A DNA stretch of 64,000 nucleotides from the NCBI GenBank assembly GCA_963701095.1, contig OY969564.1:2304001-2368000 (forward strand). The letters run 5' to 3'. Positions 21,548 through 31,277 of the stretch are shown piece by piece. Position numbers and translations under genes: made by a program. The DNA comes from an uncultured Methanoregulaceae archaeon (lineage in GTDB: Archaea; Halobacteriota; Methanomicrobia; Methanomicrobiales; Methanospirillaceae). Under the pieces are notes generated by a model that saw only the letters and a list, made by a program, of their open reading frames with translations, did not search any database and was not told the origin of the DNA. The first letter of the stretch is position 1. Each line of letters opens with the position of its first letter.

Positions 21548-22006
21548 TCACCGGGCATGTTCGTCATACCATGCCTGGAGCTGGTTCTGGAGCGCTGCGT
21601 TGCTCTTCTCAAGTTCAGCATAAACCTTCTTTATTGCATCCGTAACCGGGCCCGGTAATTGTGCAAAGAGTGCGTCTTTTGCCAGGTCAGTCTGGACCCG
21701 GAGTTTTCCCGTGTCGTCCCTGGTAACGCAGACTTCAAATGAACAGACCCGGTCCAGGGCATCCGCAGGTTTTTCTGCTGCAGTTTCGGTTATTTTGAGC
21801 GCTACCTCGATAGACTTTTTGTTTTTGTCATTGTCGATTTTTAACCGGACGAGGGGAAAATGGGGTACGGCATGAACAAAAAAAGCATCCTTTTCCTTGT
21901 TCACGAAGATCGTATAGTTGAAAACCTCAATCTTTTGTGATGTAATGAGGTAATCCACAAAACTTTTGATAAGATCTGACTGTTTATTGTCGCTCATACA
22001 TTCCAC
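21548..22006 (-). CDS. hypothetical protein
   Basis: 152-aa ORF with protein-like composition. Confidence 0.6.
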   Translation of the reverse strand: MECMSDNKQSDLIKSFVDYLITSQKIEVFNYTIFVNKEKDAFFVHAVPHFPLVRLKIDNDKNKKSIEVALKITETAAEKPADALDRVCSFEVCVTRDDTGKLRVQTDLAKDALFAQLPGPVTDAIKKVYAELEKSNAALQNQLQAWYDEHAR

Positions 22007-22187
22007 CCGGATGACTATTTCTCTGTACAGGTTCTGGTTGATCTCTCATACATAAATTTCCGTGTTCTGCCAAAGTGTCGGAAAGTGATATATCTCTTCC
22101 AGAACGGGATTAAAAAATCACTCCCAAAGACCTCGCAGAACAGTATTTTGGAAGATTTATTATAACAAACGGATTAACAATCAATAG

Positions 22188-22349
22188 ATGCCGGGAAAAG
22201 TGATCGCTGCTCTTTCTGTATACAGCGTTGTGCTGGTCACCTTCTTTCTTACCGGAACTCCATCATTGTGGGCATTTGTTTTCGCTCTAGTAGCCTGCGG
22301 TTTGTGCTATGCCAGCGGTCTGGAAGTCTTTTTGCCGAACGGTTCGTAA
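22188..22349 (+). CDS. small membrane protein (53 aa, not in ORF track)
   Basis: MPGKVIAALSVYSVVLVTFFLTG..WAFVFALVACG; TTTATTATAA upstream. Confidence 0.45.
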   Translation: MPGKVIAALSVYSVVLVTFFLTGTPSLWAFVFALVACGLCYASGLEVFLPNGS

Positions 22350-22370
22350 CGTCCCTGCCGCTGCTGTTTT

Positions 22371-22886
22371 TCACGTTCCAAAGAATGGCAGCGACGGGTT
22401 AAACACAATGATAAGGTAATTTACGTACCCGATCAGGAATGTGAGGATAACGACGACGCTGAGGAGCAGCGTGGCACCGAAAGATACCCTAACGGACTGT
22501 ATCATGGTGGCAAGGAGCATGGCGATTACAAATACACTGGCCAGGATACCCATGAAAGGTGACCTGAGACCGAAGAAAAAATAGCCCCATAACCCTATCA
22601 GGATGATAGCAAAGGCCAGGAAGGAAAGGCAGAGCAACCGGTCATGCTCCTTCATATGCTCCGCATGCCAGATGAAGAGGATTGAACCCCCAAGGAGCAG
22701 GTATGCAATACATACGCCTGTCATAAGCATAAACGTGTCCACGGGAAGAGAGACGGGTTTTATCAGTCCAGCAAACCAGGTGGGGAGAATGGGGAACGCG
22801 AAATACGTGGTGAGCCCTGCAGCAGCAAGAAAAAGCACACCGAGACCAATCAAAGGTCCTATGGGATGGTTCCCTCGTGATGACAT
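22371..22886 (-). CDS. TspO/MBR-like membrane protein
   Basis: Five TMs, WF..L.KP, LW...FFGLRSP..G pattern. Confidence 0.7.
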   Translation of the reverse strand: MSSRGNHPIGPLIGLGVLFLAAAGLTTYFAFPILPTWFAGLIKPVSLPVDTFMLMTGVCIAYLLLGGSILFIWHAEHMKEHDRLLCLSFLAFAIILIGLWGYFFFGLRSPFMGILASVFVIAMLLATMIQSVRVSFGATLLLSVVVILTFLIGYVNYLIIVFNPSLPFFGT

Positions 22887-23042
22887 ATAATTTACTATTG
22901 CAAACGCGCCGGCATAAATGGGTTTTGGAAGAGAATTGCGTCTCTGTAGTCTTCCCTCTATTGACTCTTTTTTTTGAAGAAAGTAAATGTACACTTTGTC
23001 TTTTTGCGATAGTTATATCATCCTCCGACGTGACTTAAGATT

Positions 23043-24317
23043 ATGGCGAAACAATCGCAGAGTCAATCCGGGGGAAGAATCGCCGCATTTGTTAGCTCCT
23101 ACTCTAACAAGAGCACTGGGGGTGGGTATAAGAGTGCCATCGAGTCGTTTCTACGGTGCATTAATGGGCTTCCAAAGGCGAATACGGATGGCACAAGGGC
23201 AAAGTATGACTATGAACTACTTTTCGACGATTACCTTGCTGACAAGAAGCGGAACCATGATGAGGACTTCACGAAGTTTGCTGACTGCCTAAAATCGGAG
23301 TGTGCGAGTCACCAATCAGCCCGGCAGATTATGACAAATGCGAGGCGTATCCTCGAAGACAATGGTGCAAAATTCAAGGGCAAAACCGTCCGGGATTTAA
23401 AGCGGGAGATGAAAGGTGGGGCGGGTACTGTTGACAAGGTTATGACGGCGAAAGTAATCGATACTGTCCTGAAAGAACTCGATATAAAAGGACGAGCAAT
23501 TGTTCTTACCCTTGCCAGTTCCGGAGCCCGGTTAAACGAAATCCTTTCCCTGAAACTCTCCGATATAGACTTTGAAAGCAACCCGATTAAACTCACCCTG
23601 CGAAACACTAAAAACAAACAAACCCGGTTTACCTTCATTAGTTCAGAAGCAACACGAAGTATCCAGGCATGGCTTGAAAAACGTGAACACTATCTCGCAG
23701 GTGCATCCCGCCGAAACGCTGGACTTGTGCGGGCTGGTATCTGCGGGGAAAAAGACGCAAAATCGGATCTCCTCTTCCCTCTAACCGATACAGCCGTTAA
23801 TGCTCTTTGGGAAAATGCACTTAAGACAGCAGGTTTGTATTCGCAGGATGAACAGACCGGACGTAACCAATACCGGATACATTCTTTCAGAAAATTCTTC
23901 ATCAGCCAATTAAGCATGGCAGGTCAGAAAACACTTGCAGAACACCTGGCAGGACATATCGTTTATCTCGATGGTTCATACCGCCGGATTGATGAAGAGG
24001 CGGCTGGGAAGGCATACCTCGCCGTTCAGCACGTCATTACAATCGGTATTCCTCCAGAGTTCCGGGAGAGTGCAACCGAATTAACCGGCAAATTGAAGAT
24101 ACAGGGCGAAAGCATAGAGGGACTGCGGGCGATGAACGAGAAACTTGTCGCCCAAATGGTGAAGTTAGAAGACCAAAACACCACCCTCCAAGAGGATATT
24201 TCGATTATCAAGGAGGAGCAGGAACGGATGCGGCAGCATTACGCTATTATTGACCAATTGATGGCAAAGGACAGTGATGCGCAAGCTATATTCGGCAAAC
24301 TTCTGAAAAACCGTTAA
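23043..24317 (+). CDS. tyrosine recombinase/integrase with C-terminal coiled coil
   Basis: Complete catalytic set: SSGAR(R), NTK(K), HSFR(HxxR), LAGH(H), DGSY(Y). Confidence 0.92.
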   Translation: MAKQSQSQSGGRIAAFVSSYSNKSTGGGYKSAIESFLRCINGLPKANTDGTRAKYDYELLFDDYLADKKRNHDEDFTKFADCLKSECASHQSARQIMTNARRILEDNGAKFKGKTVRDLKREMKGGAGTVDKVMTAKVIDTVLKELDIKGRAIVLTLASSGARLNEILSLKLSDIDFESNPIKLTLRNTKNKQTRFTFISSEATRSIQAWLEKREHYLAGASRRNAGLVRAGICGEKDAKSDLLFPLTDTAVNALWENALKTAGLYSQDEQTGRNQYRIHSFRKFFISQLSMAGQKTLAEHLAGHIVYLDGSYRRIDEEAAGKAYLAVQHVITIGIPPEFRESATELTGKLKIQGESIEGLRAMNEKLVAQMVKLEDQNTTLQEDISIIKEEQERMRQHYAIIDQLMAKDSDAQAIFGKLLKNR

Positions 24318-24441
24318 TGTTGAGATAATCCGCGCGACCAATCTCTTTTATTTTTCACTATTTTCGTTAATGGACATTAATACGTCCCATTATTACTGCC
24401 ACGCATAACCTTTATAGAGTCGATTTTGACAACCTCAATTT

Positions 24442-24840
24442 ATGCAGGTGAGTAATAACGCAATCCCTTACCTGATTGCCCGGTCTGATTTTCAGAAGTT
24501 CAGCCGTTTCTATCAGCTCGCGGCTTTGGCTCTGGAACAGACCGGGAAAGTCCGGATTGTCGATGGCGTCCAACCTTCAACCGTCTCGTCTGCATGTGTC
24601 GCATCAACCGAACCCGCGCCATCCTCAGATGGCTATCGCTACTGTGCCCCGTCCCCAGCTCACGGGGGACTGGTGGCACAAGAGGGGGCGGAAGGGCTGC
24701 CCTTTAGGGCATCCCTTGAAGGTGACGGGGGGTTCATCAGAACCCCCCCAAGAGACGGGCATCAGCCCGTCTCCCTAGGCTACTATAAACTAATTGCCAC
24801 TGACACGTCTGAATATACCATTATGGGGGTTCAAAGATGA
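24442..24840 (+). CDS. small hypothetical protein upstream of Rep; only the first ~45 aa look protein-like
   Basis: CTTTATA about 25-30 nt upstream; stop overlaps the Rep ATG (ATGA); 3' part coincides with hairpins. Confidence 0.5.
   Translation: MQVSNNAIPYLIARSDFQKFSRFYQLAALALEQTGKVRIVDGVQPSTVSSACVASTEPAPSSDGYRYCAPSPAHGGLVAQEGAEGLPFRASLEGDGGFIRTPPRDGHQPVSLGYYKLIATDTSEYTIMGVQR
24618..24798. other. array of five GC-rich hairpins, putative rolling-circle origin
   Basis: GCCATC-ctca-GATGGC; TGTGCC..GTCCCC-8nt-GGGGAC..GGCACA; AAGGG.TGCCC-ttta-GGGCA.CCCTT; GGGGGGTTC-atca-GAACCCCCC; GAGACGGGC-atca-GCCCGTCTC; then TACTATAAAC. Confidence 0.65.
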
Positions 24841-25862
24841 TACCCCCTGAACTGATAAGCCAGATACGGAATGACCCCTTTCTGAATTACCTCATTAATC
24901 CTGTTCTGCGGTTCGATAACTACCTCAACAGCACATCACGTATGCACATAAGGATAAAAGGCATTAAACTGCGATATGCCAATGATGACAGTAACCTTGA
25001 GATTGAGGACATCCAATCGCTTGAACTCGACCTCGGATATCCCCACCGTTGGACAGAACGATACGACCATCACACCCTCTGGAAACTTTACCACCTGCAA
25101 TACTACTACATCGCCCACCCTGATAGGATGCCAAAATACACGATGATGATTACCTTAACGGGCTCTCATGCATCACCGAAGAACCCCACTAAACAGGGAC
25201 TTTCCCATATGGCATACCTGGACAAATTCCATGAATCACACCGGCGAGAGAAAAAGATGGTCGGAAAATACCTCAATACGGTCGATTACCTCTCCATCCT
25301 TGAAGGACACCCTGAAAGCGGCTATATTCACGCTCACGACCTCTATTTCCTCGATAACAGACCTTCTAAAGAGACCCTCGCTCTCATTCAAAACCACTGG
25401 AATAACACTCTCGGCATGGGCTCTGCTGAACATGGCATCAAAATTGAGATTAAGGAGCCAAAGGACTTTCACGACATCAAATCTCTCGTCGCTTACCCTA
25501 TGGCATATATCGGAAAAACCACTATCGGCGACCTCCCCGAATGGACAAAATACGATTTGATATTCAATACCTGCCTGTGGCTATCAGGTCAGCCTAAAAT
25601 TCATGGTGGACTAGGAAAGAGGATTCGAGCCTTCCAGCCATCGCGGTCCCTGTCTGCAATCATGAATCCAACCATAGATAACTCAAATTTTAAGTATGTC
25701 GAAACTACCCTCAAAACGGAGAATGATAACAGGGTCTTACACCAATGTCCCGATTATGATAATAATATTGAACTCTGGATGGATGGTGGCGGAGATAATG
25801 GGCAATGCGACACACTGGATAACTTGATGTGGCAGAAGAAAATTGAAAATATCTCATATTGA
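24837..25862 (+). CDS. HUH rolling-circle replication initiator (Rep)
   Basis: Motif 1 MITLT, motif 2 SGYIHAHDLY (HUH), motif 3 YPMAYIGK (two tyrosines). Confidence 0.82.
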   Translation: MIPPELISQIRNDPFLNYLINPVLRFDNYLNSTSRMHIRIKGIKLRYANDDSNLEIEDIQSLELDLGYPHRWTERYDHHTLWKLYHLQYYYIAHPDRMPKYTMMITLTGSHASPKNPTKQGLSHMAYLDKFHESHRREKKMVGKYLNTVDYLSILEGHPESGYIHAHDLYFLDNRPSKETLALIQNHWNNTLGMGSAEHGIKIEIKEPKDFHDIKSLVAYPMAYIGKTTIGDLPEWTKYDLIFNTCLWLSGQPKIHGGLGKRIRAFQPSRSLSAIMNPTIDNSNFKYVETTLKTENDNRVLHQCPDYDNNIELWMDGGGDNGQCDTLDNLMWQKKIENISY

Positions 25863-25880
25863 TGAGAAAATTTTATGAAA

Positions 25881-26382
25881 TTAGGATTCGTTGCAGTCGA
25901 TATACGTACGACGGCAAAAAAAGATAAAACAAATCGTTGGGAGTATTAAAATTTCAACGAATCCTATAATGGACATATGTGCCCAAAATCCAATTAATTC
26001 CCATATCCCAATCATACCAATTGGAGGGAGGTTTAACAACCATTTTTTCGTACTATCGCCCTTCCTAACGGTTTTACATTCCTCCGGAATTTGTTTTTCT
26101 AATAAAAAAACGACTTTCTCATAACGACAATAGTGCTTTATTATCGTATTTTGACCAAATAACCATCCAATTGATATAGAAATTCCAAATAGGGGAACAA
26201 TTAGAAGCTTTTCTTGAATTAAACTGCAATCAGTACCTCTGAAAATATGCCCCCAATAAGAGTGCACTTGCACCAATAAAAATGCTGAAAAAAACCCAAG
26301 TTAGATTGTCTTGGTGCATTTTCAAATCATTTGCAGAACGCAACTGTTGTTCATGTTGTTTTTCACATAGACCAATTACCAT
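25881..26382 (-). CDS. AT-rich multi-TM membrane protein, cargo (frameshift ~26245)
   Basis: Frame 1 MVIGLCEKQ..DNLTWVFFSIFIGASALLLG joins frame 2 LLIVPLFGISISIGW..LLEKQIP..; convergent with rep. Confidence 0.55.
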
Positions 26383-26942
26383 AATAGTATATTAAAACAG
26401 TAAAATTATTGTTTGTTTGCATGTTATTCCGTAACTTCTGACGTTAACGCATAAATACAAAGTTTATTGAATTATACTTTGTGTTTCTTTGAAAAAAATG
26501 CATAGACCGGTATTCTTGGAGAACCCGATTTTTGTCTGTCCATAAAGAAGGGGAAAAATCTGGTGGAGTGTACGATCGAAAACTCGCTCTTTCGCTGTGC
26601 AAAGGGACATAATCCAGGATTATGATGATCAGAATAATCTTGTTGGTGTAAAAATTCTCAGGGTATTTGACCGGGTAGAATCCGCTAGTCTGAGAACTGT
26701 TAAGGCCGAATCTGCGTAATACAGGATCAGGCCCACTGCAGGAGGTTATTAGATAAACCTGCAGTTGATCAATACCCCGGACTGGAAAGGTTTTCCGAGA
26801 TATTCGTGCGACTCCTTCCGTTTTAAGCACAATCTTCTTGAGATCATCGTAGAGAAAAAAACCCTGTTCACGCTATAATACTGCTGATTTCCTTTTTTCA
26901 TGGCGGATAAGGGTTATGCCCCCGGGGGTATCTGAAAAAAGG

Positions 26943-28088
26943 TTACCCGAGTTTTTCCAGACGCCGGCAGGCCTCGCGGAGGGTCTCTTCCTTTTTGGAG
27001 AAGGTGAACCGGAGTTTTGTCTCTCCCCCCTTTTGACAGAACGAGCTTCCCGGCACTGCCGCAACGCCGACAGACTCGATAAGATAGCGGGCAAAAGCAG
27101 TATCCGTCATCCCGAAGCCGGAGATGTCCGTGAAGATATAGTACGCCCCTTCCGGAAGCTGACAGGAGAATCCCGCTTTCTTCAGGCCGTCGTAGAGAAC
27201 CTGCCGACGGATGGTGTAGTCCCGGGCCAGCCCCTCGTAGTACGTAGAAGGCAGGTCGAATGCGGCAACCGCGGCGTGCTGGAGGGGAGCCGGTGCCCCT
27301 ACCGTGAGGAAATCGTGGATCTTCCTGATGCGTGCAGTCAGCCGGGTATCGGCAACCGTGTACCCCACCCGCCATCCGGTCACGCTGTAGGTCTTCGAGA
27401 GGCTGTTGATGGTGACTGTTCGGTCTTCCATACCGGCAAGCGACCCGATCGAGACGTGCCGGTGCCCATCGTAGAGGATATGCTCGTAGATCTCGTCGGT
27501 AATAGCGATAACGTCGTGCTCGAGGCAGAGGTCGGTAATAAACTGCAGCTCGTTTTTGGAAAAGACCTTCCCGGTCGGGTTGTTGGGGGTATTGATGATG
27601 ACCGCCCGGGTCTTTCCGGAGAACGCCGTTTTCCATGCCTCTTCGTCCAGCGGCCTGCTGCCGTCACCAAGCGGGATATGGCGGGGGACGGCCCCGGAGA
27701 TGACCGCATCCGGCCCGTAATTCTCGTAGAAAGGTTCGGGCACGATCACCTCGTCCCCCGGGTTTACGAGCGCGATCATGGATGCCATCATCGCTTCGGT
27801 AGATCCGCAGGTGACCGTGATCTCCGTTTCCGGGTCCGCCTCTATCCCATTGTACCCCTTAACCTTCCGGGCGATCGCCTGCCGGAGATCCTGTGCCCCC
27901 CAAGTGATCGCGTACTGGTTGTAGTCCCCGGTAATTGCATCGCAGGCAGCCTTTTTGAGTTCGTCCGGGCAGGGGAAATCAGGAAACCCCTGGGCGAGGT
28001 TGATCGCCTCATGTGCGAGGCTCAGCCGGGTCATCTCCCGGATCACGGATTCCGTAAAGACGTCCGCACGGGAGGGTGGAAGTATCAT
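26943..28088 (-). CDS. PLP-dependent aminotransferase class I/II
   Basis: INLAQGFPD, NTPNNPTG, DEIY, SLSKTYSVTGWRVG. Confidence 0.93.
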   Translation of the reverse strand: MILPPSRADVFTESVIREMTRLSLAHEAINLAQGFPDFPCPDELKKAACDAITGDYNQYAITWGAQDLRQAIARKVKGYNGIEADPETEITVTCGSTEAMMASMIALVNPGDEVIVPEPFYENYGPDAVISGAVPRHIPLGDGSRPLDEEAWKTAFSGKTRAVIINTPNNPTGKVFSKNELQFITDLCLEHDVIAITDEIYEHILYDGHRHVSIGSLAGMEDRTVTINSLSKTYSVTGWRVGYTVADTRLTARIRKIHDFLTVGAPAPLQHAAVAAFDLPSTYYEGLARDYTIRRQVLYDGLKKAGFSCQLPEGAYYIFTDISGFGMTDTAFARYLIESVGVAAVPGSSFCQKGGETKLRFTFSKKEETLREACRRLEKLG

Positions 28089-28224
28089 ACTACCTTCTGG
28101 GGCGGCAGAGAGGATAATCTCATCTTTTTTTTTACTGGACCCGTACATGTGGGAACGGGGAAAAACGACCGGTAAATGTTTCAGGAGGATCAAAAAAAAG
28201 GACAGGCTGGAAACATGCCTGCGG

Positions 28225-28695
28225 TTATTCGTTCAAAGGCTGGAATCCCTGTTTGAATACCTTCCCGAACTGAACGCGGATCTTCGGGTCCTGTGCACAC
28301 ACCGGACAGACATAGTCCTCCGGGAGATCCTCGAATTTCGTCCCGGGTTTTATTCCCCGGTGAGGCTCACCGCGTTTCTCGTCATAGATGTAACTACACA
28401 TGGAGCACAGGTACCGGGTTGGCCTCCACTCTTCAAAACCCCATTTTCCTATCTTGCCTTTGCCCTGGTATCCGCACACAGGGCATACATAGTCCTCCGG
28501 GAGATCCTCAAAAGCGGTACCGGCAGGAATGCCATTATGCGGTTCCCCGCGAAGCGGCGAATAGATATATCCGCACATTCTGCACTTGTATCGTAAAGGA
28601 ACACTCTCTTTTTTAGCTGGTGCCTTCTTCTTTGCCGCGGTTGCCGGTTTCTTTTTCACATCGCTTTTTTTCGTTGTTGCTCCTGCTTTTGCCAT
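28225..28695 (-). CDS. double rubredoxin with Lys/Ala-rich N-terminal tail
   Basis: Two Cxx[18 protein letters not shown] units. Confidence 0.9.
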   Translation of the reverse strand: MAKAGATTKKSDVKKKPATAAKKKAPAKKESVPLRYKCRMCGYIYSPLRGEPHNGIPAGTAFEDLPEDYVCPVCGYQGKGKIGKWGFEEWRPTRYLCSMCSYIYDEKRGEPHRGIKPGTKFEDLPEDYVCPVCAQDPKIRVQFGKVFKQGFQPLNE

Positions 28696-29060
28696 ATCAG
28701 TTCACCCCGCCCAAAGCCCTTCATCACCATTGTTTTTTTACAGAAAAGCCAGGGATAACTTGAAATTGATATTACAAATTATTATAATTACGTATACGGC
28801 TACAATAGGCAATATTGCAGGGCAGACCTCGGTTCTTGTGAAGGATTGAGTATTGGCGGCGCTCATCTACTGCAAAAGATGCAACGGGCTGCTGGTGACG
28901 CAGATCGAAAAACACAATGTCAATGTCTACGCCGGTTTCGCGGCCATTATGATCCCGGACGTCTGGGACCGGACTTTTCTTTCTGATCCCGGTATCCAAA
29001 ACAGCGTTGTTATTATGTAACGTCTCACCAAGAAGACAATGAACACTCCAGTTCTGCTTT

Positions 29061-30572
29061 TTGGCGGGAAGGGGGATCACGATGCTGAAAAAATGCGACC
29101 TGACAGAACAGATCGATCAGAAGACCTTCGATAAGGAAATGGATCCTATGAGGGTACGTCTCGGGCAGCTTCAGCGGGAGCTTCATGCCGGCAAAATCCC
29201 GGTAATTATTGTCATTGAAGGCTGGAATGCCGCAGGAATTTCGTTAACGGTCAAGGAACTCGTCCGTGCTTTTGACCCCCGGGGCATCGAGCTCTCGACT
29301 ATCGGACCTCCTGCTGACGAAGAGCTGCACCGTCCGCTGTTGTGGAGATTCTGGAACCGCGTTCCCCCCAAAGGCGGGATCGCCATCTTTGACCGGAGCT
29401 GGTACAGTCGGGCCCTTGCGGAGACCACCAAACACCCGGCCTGGGAAAAACGCGTTGACAAAGCTATCCAGTCATTCAACCGGTTTGAGCGCCAGCTCAC
29501 CGATGACAAAACGATTATCGTCAAGATCTTTCTCCACATCAGTAAACAAGAGCAGCAAAAACGCTTTATTGACCGTGAGACAAACCCCCTTACCTCGTGG
29601 ATGGTAACTTCAGATGACTGGGATTTCCACAGCGAATATGATACGTATTTCCCGGTCATTGATACCTTCCTTAAGGAAACCAGTACTCCCAATGCTCCCT
29701 GGACGGTCATCGGGGCCAATGATACCCCGTTCGCCATCATGAGGGCATACCAGACCGTCATAAATGCCCTTGAAAAGAAAGACGGCGGCAGGGAAAGTTC
29801 CTCCCGGAAGCAGCATGACACATTCACTCCCGATCTTGTCCCGGTCAAACGAGACGAGGAAAAGCCGGTCAGGCTCGACAAGGAGACGTACAGGAAAAAA
29901 CTTGTGGCCGCACAGTTGATGCTTGGCGATATGCAGACCATCTTTTTCAAACGCAATATCCCGCTTATCGTTATCTTTGAGGGAAGGGATGCTGCGGGGA
30001 AAGGGGGTACAATAATGCGCCTCACGCACGATTTAAACCCACGAGGTTACGGGGTCACTCCCGTTGGGGGTCCAAACGAATTTGAAAAGGATCATCATTA
30101 TCTCTGGAGGTTTATCAGGAAATATCCCCGCCAGGGTCATATGACGATCTATGACCGGAGCTGGTATGGCAGGGTCCTTGTGGAACGGGTGGAAGGTTTC
30201 TGCACTCACGCCGAATGGAAACGGGCATATTCCGAGATAAACGAAATCGAAGAAGAATTCCGCTCATGGGGCGGGGGCATCCTGAAATTCTGGCTTGAGG
30301 TCAGCCCCGAAGAGCAGCTCAAACGGTTCCGGGAGAGGGAAAATGACCCCCTCAAGCAGTGGAAGATCACCGAAGAAGACTGGCGGAACCGGCAGAAATG
30401 GGACCAGTACAGCGAGGCCATAGACGAGATGTTCAAAAAAACGAGCACGAAGGGCGCTCCCTGGATTTTTATAAATTCTGATGATAAATGGAATGCACGG
30501 ATAAAAACAGTTGAGACGGTCTGCGAGTACGCCGAGCGCCTGCTCCAGCTGAGATATCAGCACTATAGTTAG
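29061..30572 (+). CDS. pap: two-domain polyphosphate kinase 2 (polyphosphate:AMP phosphotransferase)
   Basis: EGWNAAG and EGRDAAGKGG Walker A motifs, two DRSWY motifs. Confidence 0.9.
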   Translation: MAGRGITMLKKCDLTEQIDQKTFDKEMDPMRVRLGQLQRELHAGKIPVIIVIEGWNAAGISLTVKELVRAFDPRGIELSTIGPPADEELHRPLLWRFWNRVPPKGGIAIFDRSWYSRALAETTKHPAWEKRVDKAIQSFNRFERQLTDDKTIIVKIFLHISKQEQQKRFIDRETNPLTSWMVTSDDWDFHSEYDTYFPVIDTFLKETSTPNAPWTVIGANDTPFAIMRAYQTVINALEKKDGGRESSSRKQHDTFTPDLVPVKRDEEKPVRLDKETYRKKLVAAQLMLGDMQTIFFKRNIPLIVIFEGRDAAGKGGTIMRLTHDLNPRGYGVTPVGGPNEFEKDHHYLWRFIRKYPRQGHMTIYDRSWYGRVLVERVEGFCTHAEWKRAYSEINEIEEEFRSWGGGILKFWLEVSPEEQLKRFRERENDPLKQWKITEEDWRNRQKWDQYSEAIDEMFKKTSTKGAPWIFINSDDKWNARIKTVETVCEYAERLLQLRYQHYS

Positions 30573-30853
30573 TACTGTGTGCCATTCCGTGAATGGATTC
30601 CCCGGTTGGATTGTGTTCCGGGGATCTGTTTTCGGATTAATTACGGAATATGGATTTCTGAAGCTGCCGATAACCCGTCAGGGTCCGGAAAAAAATTACC
30701 GGTTTTTGACTTCTTTAATGTCAGACTTATCGGAAAGACAGGTAAAAAATCCGTCTGTGACATCTTCTAATGCCTCTTCTTTTGTTTTCCGAGGATGCAT
30801 GTTACGGTAATAATCGGCACAACCTTTGCCTTTCACCATCATGTTTGCCCCCT

Positions 30854-31270
30854 TCATGTGAAGATAACCAGGTTTCCGATATCGTCTTTCAGGTCTCCTG
30901 TACAGTTCTCCATCCCGCCAACCAGCGAGGTAACCAGTTGCGGGTCAAAATTTCCCTTCGTATACATGCAGGTCATGCTTTTCCCCTCAAGCAGGCTCTT
31001 CATCTCCTGCGTTTCGGTGGCGTTCAGGCTGACAAGTGTCTTTGTAAAAACGCAGCCTGGGGAAGACGCGTAGCGCATGGTCCCGACATCATCGATGACG
31101 GTTATATTTGTATCCGTGCAGGCATTTGCAGCGGTGATGAACCCGGCCTCGGCCGGGGTGGGTGCGTTTTGTGAAGCCACGGGTGTATTATTGGAAGTGC
31201 AGCCGGCGAAGGTTGCCGCCAGGAGGAGTACAGCCAGCGGTATCACGGTATACCTTATTCTGCTTTGCAT
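30854..31270 (-). CDS. lipoprotein
   Basis: FAGCT lipobox-like signal, four Cys in the mature domain. Confidence 0.7.
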   Translation of the reverse strand: MQSRIRYTVIPLAVLLLAATFAGCTSNNTPVASQNAPTPAEAGFITAANACTDTNITVIDDVGTMRYASSPGCVFTKTLVSLNATETQEMKSLLEGKSMTCMYTKGNFDPQLVTSLVGGMENCTGDLKDDIGNLVIFT

Positions 31271-31277
31271 GGAAACA

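Larger units (their letters stand above)
22990..26450. mobile_element. integrated mini-element: tyrosine integrase + hairpin array + rolling-circle Rep + membrane cargo (ends approximate)
   Basis: Gene content and visibly AT-richer composition; att direct repeats not found. Confidence 0.7.

Noticed and set aside
26444..26870. 128-aa minus-strand ORF or extra element gene
   Set aside because: No motifs or convincing start; probably intergenic or decayed sequence
26916..28175. 419-aa plus-strand ORF, and similar long antisense ORFs at 7354-8271, 29183-30025 and 61485-62600
   Set aside because: Shadows of well-supported genes on the opposite strand with no recognisable motifs
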